Source of the DNA: a virus
Taxonomy: Duplodnaviria > Caudoviricetes
Virus record (IMG/VR): IMGVR_UViG_3300025944_000001
Location: 659-64,658 of that record
Reading direction: 5' to 3' (one strand)
Length of the DNA: 64,000 nucleotides
Shown here: piece by piece, positions 53,196 through 61,450 of the stretch
How positions within the stretch are numbered: the stretch's first letter is position 1
Layout: every line of letters starts with the position of its first letter
The notes under the pieces: model-generated
Seen by the model: the letters and a program-made list of their open reading frames with translations, nothing else
Databases searched by the model: none
Told to the model about the DNA's origin: nothing
Translations under genes and position numbers: made by a program

Positions 53196-53393
53196 ATGAC
53201 CACCATCACAAGCATTGAAGACATCAAGGTAGGCACCGAGTTATTCTGCAATGGCTACCCTGGCACCGTCACCAAGATTTGCGACGGGCAGTTGAAGGGA
53301 ATGGCTGAGATTCGGCTTTCGCGCGGTGGAGTTTGCGTTAGCCTGAGCGAGCTTTTCCGGTTTCGCAATCAGGACAACCGAATCGGCAAGTAG
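53196..53393 (+). CDS. Small SH3/KOW-like protein (65 aa)
   Basis: IKVGTELFCNGYPGTVTKI..MAEIRLSRGGVCV; GGGAG RBS. Confidence 0.55.
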   Translation: MTTITSIEDIKVGTELFCNGYPGTVTKICDGQLKGMAEIRLSRGGVCVSLSELFRFRNQDNRIGK

Positions 53394-53394
53394 C

Positions 53395-53442
53395 CCCGAA
53401 ACGACGAAAGCGCCCTAGACTGCGGCAAACAGTCCAGGGCGC
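53395..53442 (-). terminator. Terminator-like hairpin for a leftward transcript
   Basis: Minus strand GCGCCCTGGACTG-TTTGCCG-CAGTCTAGGGCGC then TTTCGTCGTTTC. Confidence 0.55.
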
Positions 53443-53468
53443 ACGACAAAGAAAGGTTGAGTCTTTCA

Positions 53469-53747
53469 ATGTACATAAGCACTTTATCAAACCGAGTCGG
53501 ATCTGTCAAGCGTGCACCCACCCCGGCATACGTCCCGGTCGCCGCTCGCGTCGGCCTCGGGTTCCGCTCTGCCTACGTCGTCCCGTCGCCGCGCCCGAAC
53601 ATGGCCGTGCTGTTCGCGTACGAGGCGATGAGGAACGTGCTCGCGTGGTGGACGGCGACGTATCAGGCGGTAGGCGTCCACGGTCGGAACGGCGGTGTCG
53701 TCGTGAGCGCGTATGCGCGAAGGCGGGCAGTGCGGGGTGAAAAATGA
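53469..53747 (+). CDS. Hypothetical protein carrying an antisense promoter in its 5' end (92 aa)
   Basis: AAGAAAGG before ATG 53469. Confidence 0.45.
   Translation: MYISTLSNRVGSVKRAPTPAYVPVAARVGLGFRSAYVVPSPRPNMAVLFAYEAMRNVLAWWTATYQAVGVHGRNGGVVVSAYARRRAVRGEK
53481..53509 (-). promoter_or_regulatory. Antisense promoter inside the 53469 gene
   Basis: Minus strand TTGACA, 17 nt, TAAAGT. Confidence 0.6.
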
Positions 53748-53968
53748 GCGTAGACCACAGCAGGTGCTGGGAGATCGACATGACTTACGAAGAAGTGGCA
53801 TACGAAAGCGTACTGAAACGCTCTGTGCTCAGTAACCAGGCGTACTTCGCTAAGGGGCGAGGCGAATCACCCACCCCGTTTTATGACGCGATGGCAGAGC
53901 GACAACGCGCCCAGTCAGTCGCCCAGTCGTTCCAACCTTTTAGAGGAACTATCAAAGATGTCGAGTGA
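53744..53968 (+). CDS. Hypothetical protein (74 aa)
   Basis: Coupled ORF. Confidence 0.45.
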   Translation: MSVDHSRCWEIDMTYEEVAYESVLKRSVLSNQAYFAKGRGESPTPFYDAMAERQRAQSVAQSFQPFRGTIKDVE

Positions 53969-54061
53969 CAGAGCGTACACGGTGCCGACGCGCTCGCCGC
54001 TGCGGAGCGCCGCTGCGGAGCGCCGGATCGACCGGGACGCGCGACGGACGCAGGAGGATGT

Positions 54062-54235
54062 ATGATAACGCTCTACTCAAACTGGAATAACCGCTGGAAG
54101 ACCTTGCAGCGCATTAATAAAGCAAGGGTCTATGACCACGACTTCTGTGTCTACTTTGCTACGTACTCTGACCCGAATTGCAATCTATGGCCGTACACGC
54201 TTAGCGACGGTTGGGGAATTGGAGACAACTCTTGA
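54062..54235 (+). CDS. Small aromatic-rich protein (57 aa)
   Basis: AGGAGG upstream; MITLYSNWNNRWKTLQRINKARVYDHDFCVYF... Confidence 0.45.
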   Translation: MITLYSNWNNRWKTLQRINKARVYDHDFCVYFATYSDPNCNLWPYTLSDGWGIGDNS

Positions 54236-54246
54236 GCGAACAATCG

Positions 54247-54744
54247 ATGACGACCGAGACACCGCGCCGTTCAGTGCGCGATATACTGACGAGAATAATG
54301 GAGATTGCTGGGCTCAATTACGGCAGTAAAAATTGGAAATATGAGTACCGGCTCCGCACAATTCACGGCATGATAGCCGAAGCCCTCGCGGCCATCGACG
54401 CCGCCGCGCCCGCACCGGTCGAGTCGCCGTGGGTGCGCGTAACGACAGGCGAGCCAATCCCCGATGTTCGTGACGGATGGTACCTTCAGCGCCTCAACGT
54501 ACCTGCCTACAGAGGTCATTACCCGGCTCATTACAGGTACAGATCGGTTGAAGTTGTTGGTAACGAACACCATATCGGATTGTCGCCAAAGGTTGCCATT
54601 ACGCACTTTCGGAGAATAGTCGACCCGCCCGCTTCGCCCGTGGACGGCGCGGCGGCGAAGGGATATGTACCTTGCGGTTGTGACCACCATGGCGACCATG
54701 CCGCTTGTGATGCGAACTGCGAATGCGGAGGACTCAGCCGATGA
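54247..54744 (+). CDS. Hypothetical protein (165 aa)
   Basis: Mosaic-looking accessory ORF; start MTTETPR. Confidence 0.5.
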   Translation: MTTETPRRSVRDILTRIMEIAGLNYGSKNWKYEYRLRTIHGMIAEALAAIDAAAPAPVESPWVRVTTGEPIPDVRDGWYLQRLNVPAYRGHYPAHYRYRSVEVVGNEHHIGLSPKVAITHFRRIVDPPASPVDGAAAKGYVPCGCDHHGDHAACDANCECGGLSR

Positions 54745-55025
54745 CCGATACCACTGACGCCCCGCGCAACGTCGACGCGGGCGTGACGGACGATGAATTG
54801 AATGAGTGGTGGATTATCCCCTCGTCTATAGACGCAAAGAGTTTGCGCCGCCTAATCGCCGCCCTCCGCTCCGAACGTGACGGTCGCGCAGCCGATGCGC
54901 GGACGATAGTGGCGTTGGCCGACGAGATACATCATGGCGGGTTCGCGTGGTTACAGGCGTTCATGGAGAACAACAGGGTGGTTGAGGCAGCGGTGAAGTC
55001 CGCAAGGGGGAGGGTGGGGAAATGA
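54741..55025 (+). CDS. Hypothetical protein (94 aa)
   Basis: GGAGG RBS; coupled. Confidence 0.5.
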   Translation: MTDTTDAPRNVDAGVTDDELNEWWIIPSSIDAKSLRRLIAALRSERDGRAADARTIVALADEIHHGGFAWLQAFMENNRVVEAAVKSARGRVGK

Positions 55026-55186
55026 GCGAACCAGCAATATGCGCCGACTGCGCACAGTACGGGAAATGCATGGCAGGTCAAGGGATTTGCGTCTTAGAAG
55101 ACACTCGGTACCTTTCTATTCAGAGGCAACTCGCCGCCGCGAATCGTCGTCTCGCAACCTACGCGGAGGCCAGAGCGTCCGCGTAG
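55022..55186 (+). CDS. Small Cys-rich protein (54 aa)
   Basis: MSEPAICADCAQYGKC...; coupled to the upstream stop. Confidence 0.4.
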   Translation: MSEPAICADCAQYGKCMAGQGICVLEDTRYLSIQRQLAAANRRLATYAEARASA

Positions 55187-55195
55187 GTCGAAGCG

Positions 55196-55468
55196 GTGAT
55201 GCGAGACATCGACAGTTTACTCGCAGAGGTCACTGACGGCCACGTAAGCTTGTCTGGATATCTTGATGATAATGAGCAGGCACTTGTCAACGCCATTCGT
55301 ACCGAGATAATCGCCCTCGTCGCCAAGACGGAACGGGCCGATGCGGTCGTCACGGCAGCAAAATCATTCCAAAAAGTCTATAAAGGCTTCGATACTGAAG
55401 ACGCCTCGATTGCGACCTCTGCTTTATTTTCAGCGCTCGACGCCTACGACGAAGGGAGCACCACATGA
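55196..55468 (+). CDS. Hypothetical protein (90 aa)
   Basis: In-operon ORF. Confidence 0.5.
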   Translation: MMRDIDSLLAEVTDGHVSLSGYLDDNEQALVNAIRTEIIALVAKTERADAVVTAAKSFQKVYKGFDTEDASIATSALFSALDAYDEGSTT

Positions 55469-55653
55469 GCACCACCGTAACAGACAACGGCGACGGCACG
55501 ATTACGGTCGACCGCGCCGAACTCAAGCGGCAAGTCGCCGCGCTGACCGCCGCGTACCGGCACGACGCGGACGACGGCAAGCGCCTGACCGCCGCGTATG
55601 AGGCGTGGCACGAGTTCTTGGGAGAGGTGAAGGTGAAGGGCGATGACAAGTGA
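55465..55653 (+). CDS. Hypothetical protein (62 aa)
   Basis: GAAGGGAG RBS; coupled. Confidence 0.5.
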   Translation: MSTTVTDNGDGTITVDRAELKRQVAALTAAYRHDADDGKRLTAAYEAWHEFLGEVKVKGDDK

Positions 55654-56009
55654 ATAAGAAAGAGCAGGAGAGATTCGAGGAATTGTTGACACGCGCGGCA
55701 CTGAGGTCGACGTCGCCGACCCTGCCGGATGTCGACGTGCCAAACGACGGCCTATCGACAGGCTTTCTCTACGCCGGGGAGAACAGCGTCGATCCGCGCG
55801 TCGATGTCGCGTGCAGTTCGTCGGTTCACCACGCGTTCGGGCGCAACGACAAGACTACATCACAGCGACCACGGCGGCTGTACTCGACGCGGCTACTCGC
55901 GCTCAAGGGACTGCGCTACGCCGTCGAACAGCGGTGCGCGGCGATCCTGCGCGGTATCGATCGGCAGATTGAGGAAGAAGAGGTGAAGAATGGCACTAAC
56001 GGACGATGA
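55650..56009 (+). CDS. Hypothetical protein (119 aa)
   Basis: RVDVACSSSVHHAFG..TSQRPRRLYSTRLLALKGLRY. Confidence 0.55.
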   Translation: MNKKEQERFEELLTRAALRSTSPTLPDVDVPNDGLSTGFLYAGENSVDPRVDVACSSSVHHAFGRNDKTTSQRPRRLYSTRLLALKGLRYAVEQRCAAILRGIDRQIEEEEVKNGTNGR

Positions 56010-56670
56010 GGCGGCGAGACCATTAATAGCGTGCCCTATATGCGGCACCTTATTTAAGGCTAGGTCAAACAAGGGCAAATTGAACCAGCGATGCTCACGA
56101 CCTTGTAGTATTAAAGCAAGGAACGCCGACAAAGCTCGTAAAGACGCAAACCCATTAGACGCTAATGCGATTGAACGCTTCTTTGCCTCGGTTGACAAGA
56201 GCGAAGAATGCTGGATCTGGCGAGGCAATAAGAATCAGCGCGGGTATGGACTTTTTCATCTTCGTGATCTTAATGTCTCGGCCCATCGAGTATCATGGCG
56301 GATTGTTCACGGGGACATACCGGAGGGACTTTACATATGTCACAGGTGTGATAATCCGTCATGTGTAAATCCTGACCATCTCTTTCCTGGGACGCCACTG
56401 GAGAACGCGCAAGATATGGTTCGCAAAGGGAGGCATGCCCACCCGAACCCGTCAAAAGATTATCGCCCAAAATACCAGAAGAATTATATGCGTGGGTCTG
56501 AGCACGTGCATTCCAAGCTTAACGAATCGCTGGTCTGGGACATGAGAATACGCCACGTTCAAGGTGAGAGATACGCCGATATTGCACGATCAATAGGGAT
56601 ACGCGAAACAACGTGCAGGCAGGCCATCGTAGGGGAGAGGTGGGCACATGTGCCATTTCCGGACAAGTAG
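55990..56670 (+). CDS. HNH homing endonuclease (HNH_3 type) with N-terminal Zn finger and C-terminal HTH (226 aa)
   Basis: CWIWRG..GYG..AHRVSW..ICHRCDNPSCVNPDHL..GTPLENAQDM; AT-richer than neighbours. Confidence 0.85.
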   Translation: MALTDDEAARPLIACPICGTLFKARSNKGKLNQRCSRPCSIKARNADKARKDANPLDANAIERFFASVDKSEECWIWRGNKNQRGYGLFHLRDLNVSAHRVSWRIVHGDIPEGLYICHRCDNPSCVNPDHLFPGTPLENAQDMVRKGRHAHPNPSKDYRPKYQKNYMRGSEHVHSKLNESLVWDMRIRHVQGERYADIARSIGIRETTCRQAIVGERWAHVPFPDK

Positions 56671-56727
56671 CATACTGACCATCTGCCGCGCCTACCTCGC
56701 CGTGACGGGAAGGACGGAGGAGCGAGC

Positions 56728-57138
56728 GTGAGCGAACTCAAGAAAATCAGGGTTCAGGTCGACATCATACTGAGCGTGCGGCGATGCGAGACATGCGGCA
56801 CCATATTTGCGGTCCAGTCGGAGATTATCGAGAAGTACGCCGACGAGGGCGGCTTTTGGTCGTGTCCTAACGGACATCAGCGTGGGTACGCACAGGCCCG
56901 TAAGGACCGGGCCGAAACGAAGCTAGCCGCCCAACTCGAAGAGGCAAGGAAAGCGGCGAGAATAGCCGAACAACAAGCCGCCGGCTTACGCGCCGAGAAC
57001 GAACGGCTAAAGTCAACACCAGTTCAGCGACGGTCAACAAGGGAACCGGTCGAGTGCCCACATTGCGGTCGTAGGGTCAAGGGCCTGGTGATGCACATCC
57101 GGTCGGCGCACCCGGAATGCGTCGAGGTTGCCGCGTAG
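56728..57138 (+). CDS. Hypothetical protein with Zn ribbon and C2H2 finger (136 aa)
   Basis: CETCG..WSCPNGH and CPHCG..LVMHIRSAHPE. Confidence 0.6.
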   Translation: MSELKKIRVQVDIILSVRRCETCGTIFAVQSEIIEKYADEGGFWSCPNGHQRGYAQARKDRAETKLAAQLEEARKAARIAEQQAAGLRAENERLKSTPVQRRSTREPVECPHCGRRVKGLVMHIRSAHPECVEVAA

Positions 57139-57178
57139 CCGCCACGCCCGGATCGGCGCGACGGCGGTACGTCCGTGG

Positions 57179-57787
57179 CTAGGATGGCTTCCAACCACCT
57201 GCGTGGCCGTGACTAAGGTCACCGTCGACATCGAGGACTAGTACGGTACCTTCGGGCAACTGCACGATATCGGCCGTTTCGAGCGCGGCGGCGTGACCGG
57301 CGAATCCGGTCGACTGTGACAGCCAGCCATGCGTCACGAGGCCGAGCGCCTTCAGGTGCGCAATCGTTACGCCGTTGCCGTAGATACCCGGCGTGTACCC
57401 GGCGTTCCGCACAATGACCGACACGGCGCGGAAGTAGTCATCGACGGCCTTCGGCGCGGAATCGTAGTCGACGGCGAAGTATATCGGAGTACCGTGCGGT
57501 TGTCCCGCGTGCTGCGCGCACAGGACCGCATCAGCGGCGTCTACGTGGCCCTGCGCGGCCGTGAAGTACGACGCGGTGGTCGGAAACCCGTTCTCGTAGA
57601 CGGCCACGACCCACAGGCCGGCGGCGGCGAGCGCCTTCGCTTCGGCGGCGGTCAACACGTCCTTAAAATGCGAACTTCTGAAATAATACCGGGCGACCCA
57701 TGAATAGCCCTTGGCTACCAGTTGGGCCGCGACGTGGGCGAGTGACTTTGCGGAGTCAAGCCCCTTGTTTGTTGGTTGGGTGGGCAT
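57179..57787 (-). CDS. Endolysin, DUF1906 (GH25-like TIM-barrel) (202 aa)
   Basis: WVARYY..LTAAEAKAL..AVYE..GTPIYFAVDYD..YTPGIYG..WLSQS. Confidence 0.85.
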   Translation of the reverse strand: MPTQPTNKGLDSAKSLAHVAAQLVAKGYSWVARYYFRSSHFKDVLTAAEAKALAAAGLWVVAVYENGFPTTASYFTAAQGHVDAADAVLCAQHAGQPHGTPIYFAVDYDSAPKAVDDYFRAVSVIVRNAGYTPGIYGNGVTIAHLKALGLVTHGWLSQSTGFAGHAAALETADIVQLPEGTVLVLDVDGDLSHGHAGGWKPS

Positions 57788-57813
57788 AGTGCCTCCTTGA
57801 AAGGGAAAAGAAA

Positions 57814-58191
57814 ATGAAACATCCGATACAGCCGCTAGTGATGGACGATCACGGCGTTCTGAGGTTTCAAGAAAACAAGATAGTAAGCTTTTTGCTTGAG
57901 TTTGCGCGGGCGCACGGTACTACGCTGAACGAACTCGCCATGATGCAGTTCAGCAAAGAGGACTGGCAACAGTTCTCCCAACTTCACGGCTACAGTTTAA
58001 GCGGGTACGGCGGTCTATCGTACGTCGATGATGTGTCGTATGCAACTGCTGAGAGGATGCACGACGACCCAGAGCTGAGCGATAAGGACGCGCGTATTCA
58101 GTCACTAGAGTCCGTGCTTGCGAACATTAAGGACGGACTGCGAGAGCCTGTAGCGGAGTTGTTCGGGGTTCATCCTGACGACCTGTCCTAG
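57814..58191 (+). CDS. Hypothetical protein inserted antisense in the lysis cassette (125 aa)
   Basis: MKHPIQPL..GVLRFQENKIV..LNELA..FSKEDWQQFSQLHGYSLSGYG. Confidence 0.6.
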   Translation: MKHPIQPLVMDDHGVLRFQENKIVSFLLEFARAHGTTLNELAMMQFSKEDWQQFSQLHGYSLSGYGGLSYVDDVSYATAERMHDDPELSDKDARIQSLESVLANIKDGLREPVAELFGVHPDDLS

Positions 58192-58199
58192 CCGCGACG

Positions 58200-58418
58200 T
58201 CACGCCGCTTCGTCCGTCGCGGTCGTCACAGGCTCGCTCACCTTGACCGGAGTGCGCCCACTTTCGAGGTCGTCGAGGCGGGCGCGTGTTTCCTCGTGGT
58301 TCGTGTCGGCGGTTGACTGTGCCTTGTTCGCCTTGATGATGGCGACGGCTTGACCGCCAACCGCCGTGATGATGGCGACGATGGCGGTTGCGTACGCGCC
58401 GATAAGTTGCTCAGTCAT
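58200..58418 (-). CDS. Holin-like single-TM protein (72 aa)
   Basis: N-terminal TM followed by a short coiled coil; upstream of the endolysin. Confidence 0.5.
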   Translation of the reverse strand: MTEQLIGAYATAIVAIITAVGGQAVAIIKANKAQSTADTNHEETRARLDDLESGRTPVKVSEPVTTATDEAA

Positions 58419-58650
58419 TCCCCTGCCCTCCCGTCTTGACAATGGCGGCGTTGACGGCCTTTTCGAGAATGGCGTCGAGTTCCGGTTCGGTCGCCTGCAA
58501 CCCACGCTCAACTAGCACCTTGTGCAAGTCGGCCTCGACGGTCGCGATAACGGTCGGCGCGGCGATACTGATGACGGCGGCACCGACGGGTCGTTCGAGC
58601 GGGCGAAGGGCGCTCGCGACGTTTCGGGCGAGATTAGATAGCCAAGACAT
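58411..58650 (-). CDS. Lysis-region protein, possibly holin-related (79 aa)
   Basis: Amphipathic N-terminus; ELDAILEKAV tail resembles LL-H-type holin tails. Confidence 0.45.
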   Translation of the reverse strand: MSWLSNLARNVASALRPLERPVGAAVISIAAPTVIATVEADLHKVLVERGLQATEPELDAILEKAVNAAIVKTGGQGND

Positions 58651-58725
58651 GATGTGTTTCCTTTTCGGTTCGGACGTTGACAAATCCGTCGCGACCCCAC
58701 ATCTATTTCATTGGAGGGCAACGAG

Positions 58726-58917
58726 ATGAAGCGAATAGTAACGGTCAAGTTTACGGCCGAAGATGCGAAGGTGATTGGCGACGTTCTGAATATGGGCTTT
58801 GTCACCCTTGGCGATACTGCCGACAATGGCGACACTTCCGATGACGAAATGACCACGGCAAACGACGCCATTGAAAAGTTCTATGCCGCTTGCCGAGTGG
58901 CAGAAATCGAGTTCTGA
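58726..58917 (+). CDS. Small acidic protein inserted antisense in the lysis cassette (63 aa)
   Basis: GGAGG RBS before MKRIVTV. Confidence 0.5.
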   Translation: MKRIVTVKFTAEDAKVIGDVLNMGFVTLGDTADNGDTSDDEMTTANDAIEKFYAACRVAEIEF

Positions 58918-58926
58918 CGTTAAAGG

Positions 58927-59319
58927 TCAATCGGGCGGTAGCTCGATACCGTCCGTGAGGATGCGGAGCGCTTCGGCCGCGTCGACGGCTCGCCGGTGCG
59001 CCTCGCACAGTTCGAGCCGGTACGCGAGGCCCGCTGCGGTCCCTTCGGCCTCAGAGGCGCGTACGTCGGCCTCGTCGGCCCGGATGTGCGCCACGTCGGC
59101 GGCGACCTCGGCGAGCCGTATACGCTCCTCGCAGGCGACATGCGCCGTCTTTGCCCGCTCGATGGCGTCGTGTATCTCCTGGCTGGCGAGCCGTTCACGC
59201 TCGGTCGTGTTCGATGCGGCGGCGTTACGCGCAGTCGCCTTCACGCCCGCGTAGACGAGGACGGCCGTTACGATGGCACTGACGAACGAGGACGCTACGG
59301 TGAGTTCGGCGGTGGTCAT
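58927..59319 (-). CDS. TM plus coiled-coil lysis-region protein (130 aa)
   Basis: N-terminal TM then helical Ala/Glu-rich region. Confidence 0.55.
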   Translation of the reverse strand: MTTAELTVASSFVSAIVTAVLVYAGVKATARNAAASNTTERERLASQEIHDAIERAKTAHVACEERIRLAEVAADVAHIRADEADVRASEAEGTAAGLAYRLELCEAHRRAVDAAEALRILTDGIELPPD

Positions 59320-59337
59320 GTGCGGCTCGTGACCGCG

Positions 59338-59787
59338 TCACGGCGCGGCGTCTGGGTGCTCGGGGTCGATGGCGTGGATGATGGCGCGAAGACGGAGCGC
59401 TTCGGCGTGAGCAGCGTCACGCTGGGTAACGACTTCGGCGATATCAGCCTTGAGTTTGTCAATGACCTCAAGGTGTATCTTGCTGAGTTCCTTTTCACGA
59501 GCGAGCGCCCCGATACAGTGGTCGCGGTCGAGTTCGGCCTTTTTGCGAACCGCTACCTCGACCTCAAGTTTCGCCTCAAGTTCGGCATGCTTCGTGCGAA
59601 GGTCAGTGATTTCGTCGATACGCCTACCCATCTCTTCTTGCAGTGCTTCGACCAAGGCGCGAAGGTCCGCGCTCGCGTCGGCCTTTCTACTGCCGTAGTA
59701 GGCGATAACTGATTGAGCGACGAGGAACGCCCCTGCGATGATGGCGACCCAGTACGAACCAGGGAGGTGTAAGTCGAATGGCGGCAT
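59338..59787 (-). CDS. TM plus coiled-coil lysis-region protein (149 aa)
   Basis: N-terminal TM then long heptad repeat; AGGAG RBS. Confidence 0.55.
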   Translation of the reverse strand: MPPFDLHLPGSYWVAIIAGAFLVAQSVIAYYGSRKADASADLRALVEALQEEMGRRIDEITDLRTKHAELEAKLEVEVAVRKKAELDRDHCIGALAREKELSKIHLEVIDKLKADIAEVVTQRDAAHAEALRLRAIIHAIDPEHPDAAP

Positions 59788-59935
59788 AGTGCAGGCTCCT
59801 ATTCTATTGGGAGCAACGGCGGGAAGGAATCGGCGTCGGCGTGGCGAATGTTCCCTAGCTCGCGTTGCGGCACGACGTAACGGGAGTGTTCGGCCCTGGC
59901 GGTAGCTAGTAACTGCCGCCAGTGGCCGAGTAGTG

Positions 59936-61450
59936 TCAGAATGGCCCGCGCGGCATTTTCGGGCCTACGTTCGGTATCGATGGGAAGAGTGATCGCGAAC
60001 GGCTACTGCCGCCTGATTTCGTTTGAAATGTATTGACGCTTAGGCCCAAGAAGTTGCCGAGCGCTTGGCCGACGGCCGTCGGCACGCCGTTCTGCTTGGC
60101 GACTTGCGGAAAGTCAGCCCACGTCATCGGCAGCGCGTTCTTGGACAGGACGTAATCGGCGGTTGCGGCCGGTCCACCCGGCTTAATGACGCCAAGCCCC
60201 TGCGTGAGTAAGCCGCCCTGAGTTACCGGGTTGCCGACGACGTCCTTACCGGCCATGAGGTCCATTGCGGTCCCGGGCAACGGTGCCGCCTTGCCTCTCG
60301 CGAAGCTCGTGGCGACGTCGAGTCGGCTTTTGTTCATCCCAACCCCGTTAAGCGGGCGCACGATACCAGTCGTAGACGTCGTTTGACCGGTCGCCATGCG
60401 AGCCGCCAATGTCGCCCATTGCGCCAATCCAGCCATCAGGTCAACGCGAGTATTGCCGTACCGAAGCTTGAGGAAGTCACTGCTTCTCGGGTCCGTCGTA
60501 ACGTGAGCGCCACCGAGTTTTGCCAGTCCGATCATGGCAATTGCTGCTGTACCGAACTGCAAATACGTGCGGGCAATTAGGCGACGGGTCGCTGCCGTGC
60601 CGCCAATCAACGGCTGCCCGCTGATGAGTTGCAAACGGCTCGCGGCGAAGCGCGGTGAAAAGAACGCCATGGATAACGCCTCTGACGCATTGCTGAGTTT
60701 GCCAAGGTCGCCGCGTCCGGTCGCCGCGTTGACGAAGTTCGCCATCGCCTTAGCCTCAGCGTCGGTCATTGCCCGACCGTTGGCCTTCTCCAATTGCTCC
60801 TTGAACATGTCAAAGGAATCGGCACGCATTTTGTTGAGGAACGTCACATACGCGCGCTCCGATGCTCGGTATCCCTTACCGATACCTGGTATCTTTTCCG
60901 CGAGGTTTGTCATGAACGCTTCCTCGCGGCCGGTTAGGTTAGGTGTGCCCTCAAGCGGGCTGATGTACAGGCCTGAATCCTCGTACAGTTGAGCGTTTGG
61001 CCGAGTCTGTATCGCCGCGTCGATCGTGTTGGCGACTTCCTCGGATGCCGCCGCCTTCAACATCGTTCCGAACGCCTTGCCGCCCATGATCGGGTTCGCG
61101 TAGAACAGGAACGCCCCCTGCCGGAACGGTGCGGACAGGTCCATCGACGCCACTAGTCCACGGCCGGCACCTACGACGTTCAGGACCGTATCACCCACCT
61201 TGACGAACAACGGCCGGTTCTGTGCGGCCTCGTGCGCGATCGTGTCGGCTATCTCGCGCTTTACCGATTCCAGTGCCTTGTAGTCCGTGCGGTAGCGTTG
61301 GGCCGCTTTGGTTAACGCGGCCTGCATCACGTCGTCAGGCACCTTTCCGCCAAACTGCTTCTGCATCCGCTTGGCGAACGTTTCGAGGTCACGCGCGCCC
61401 TTGGCATACTCGTTCGCCGCCACTTCAACCACATCGCAGGCTGTTGCCAT
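59936..61450 (-). CDS. Large internal virion / polyvalent-type protein, helical (504 aa)
   Basis: ASMDLSAPFRQG, FFSPRFAASRL, DPRSSDFLKLRYGNTRVD pattern of podophage internal proteins. Confidence 0.6.
   Translation of the reverse strand: MATACDVVEVAANEYAKGARDLETFAKRMQKQFGGKVPDDVMQAALTKAAQRYRTDYKALESVKREIADTIAHEAAQNRPLFVKVGDTVLNVVGAGRGLVASMDLSAPFRQGAFLFYANPIMGGKAFGTMLKAAASEEVANTIDAAIQTRPNAQLYEDSGLYISPLEGTPNLTGREEAFMTNLAEKIPGIGKGYRASERAYVTFLNKMRADSFDMFKEQLEKANGRAMTDAEAKAMANFVNAATGRGDLGKLSNASEALSMAFFSPRFAASRLQLISGQPLIGGTAATRRLIARTYLQFGTAAIAMIGLAKLGGAHVTTDPRSSDFLKLRYGNTRVDLMAGLAQWATLAARMATGQTTSTTGIVRPLNGVGMNKSRLDVATSFARGKAAPLPGTAMDLMAGKDVVGNPVTQGGLLTQGLGVIKPGGPAATADYVLSKNALPMTWADFPQVAKQNGVPTAVGQALGNFLGLSVNTFQTKSGGSSRSRSLFPSIPNVGPKMPRGPF

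Noticed and set aside
53995-54024. 13-bp tandem repeat CGCCGCTGCGGAG x2 as a phase-variation switch
   Set aside because: Only two copies in a weak 35-aa ORF; removing one copy does not restore a recognisable gene.
58677-58705. Promoter for the 58726 gene
   Set aside because: TTGACA is present but there is no acceptable -10 box at 16-18 nt spacing.
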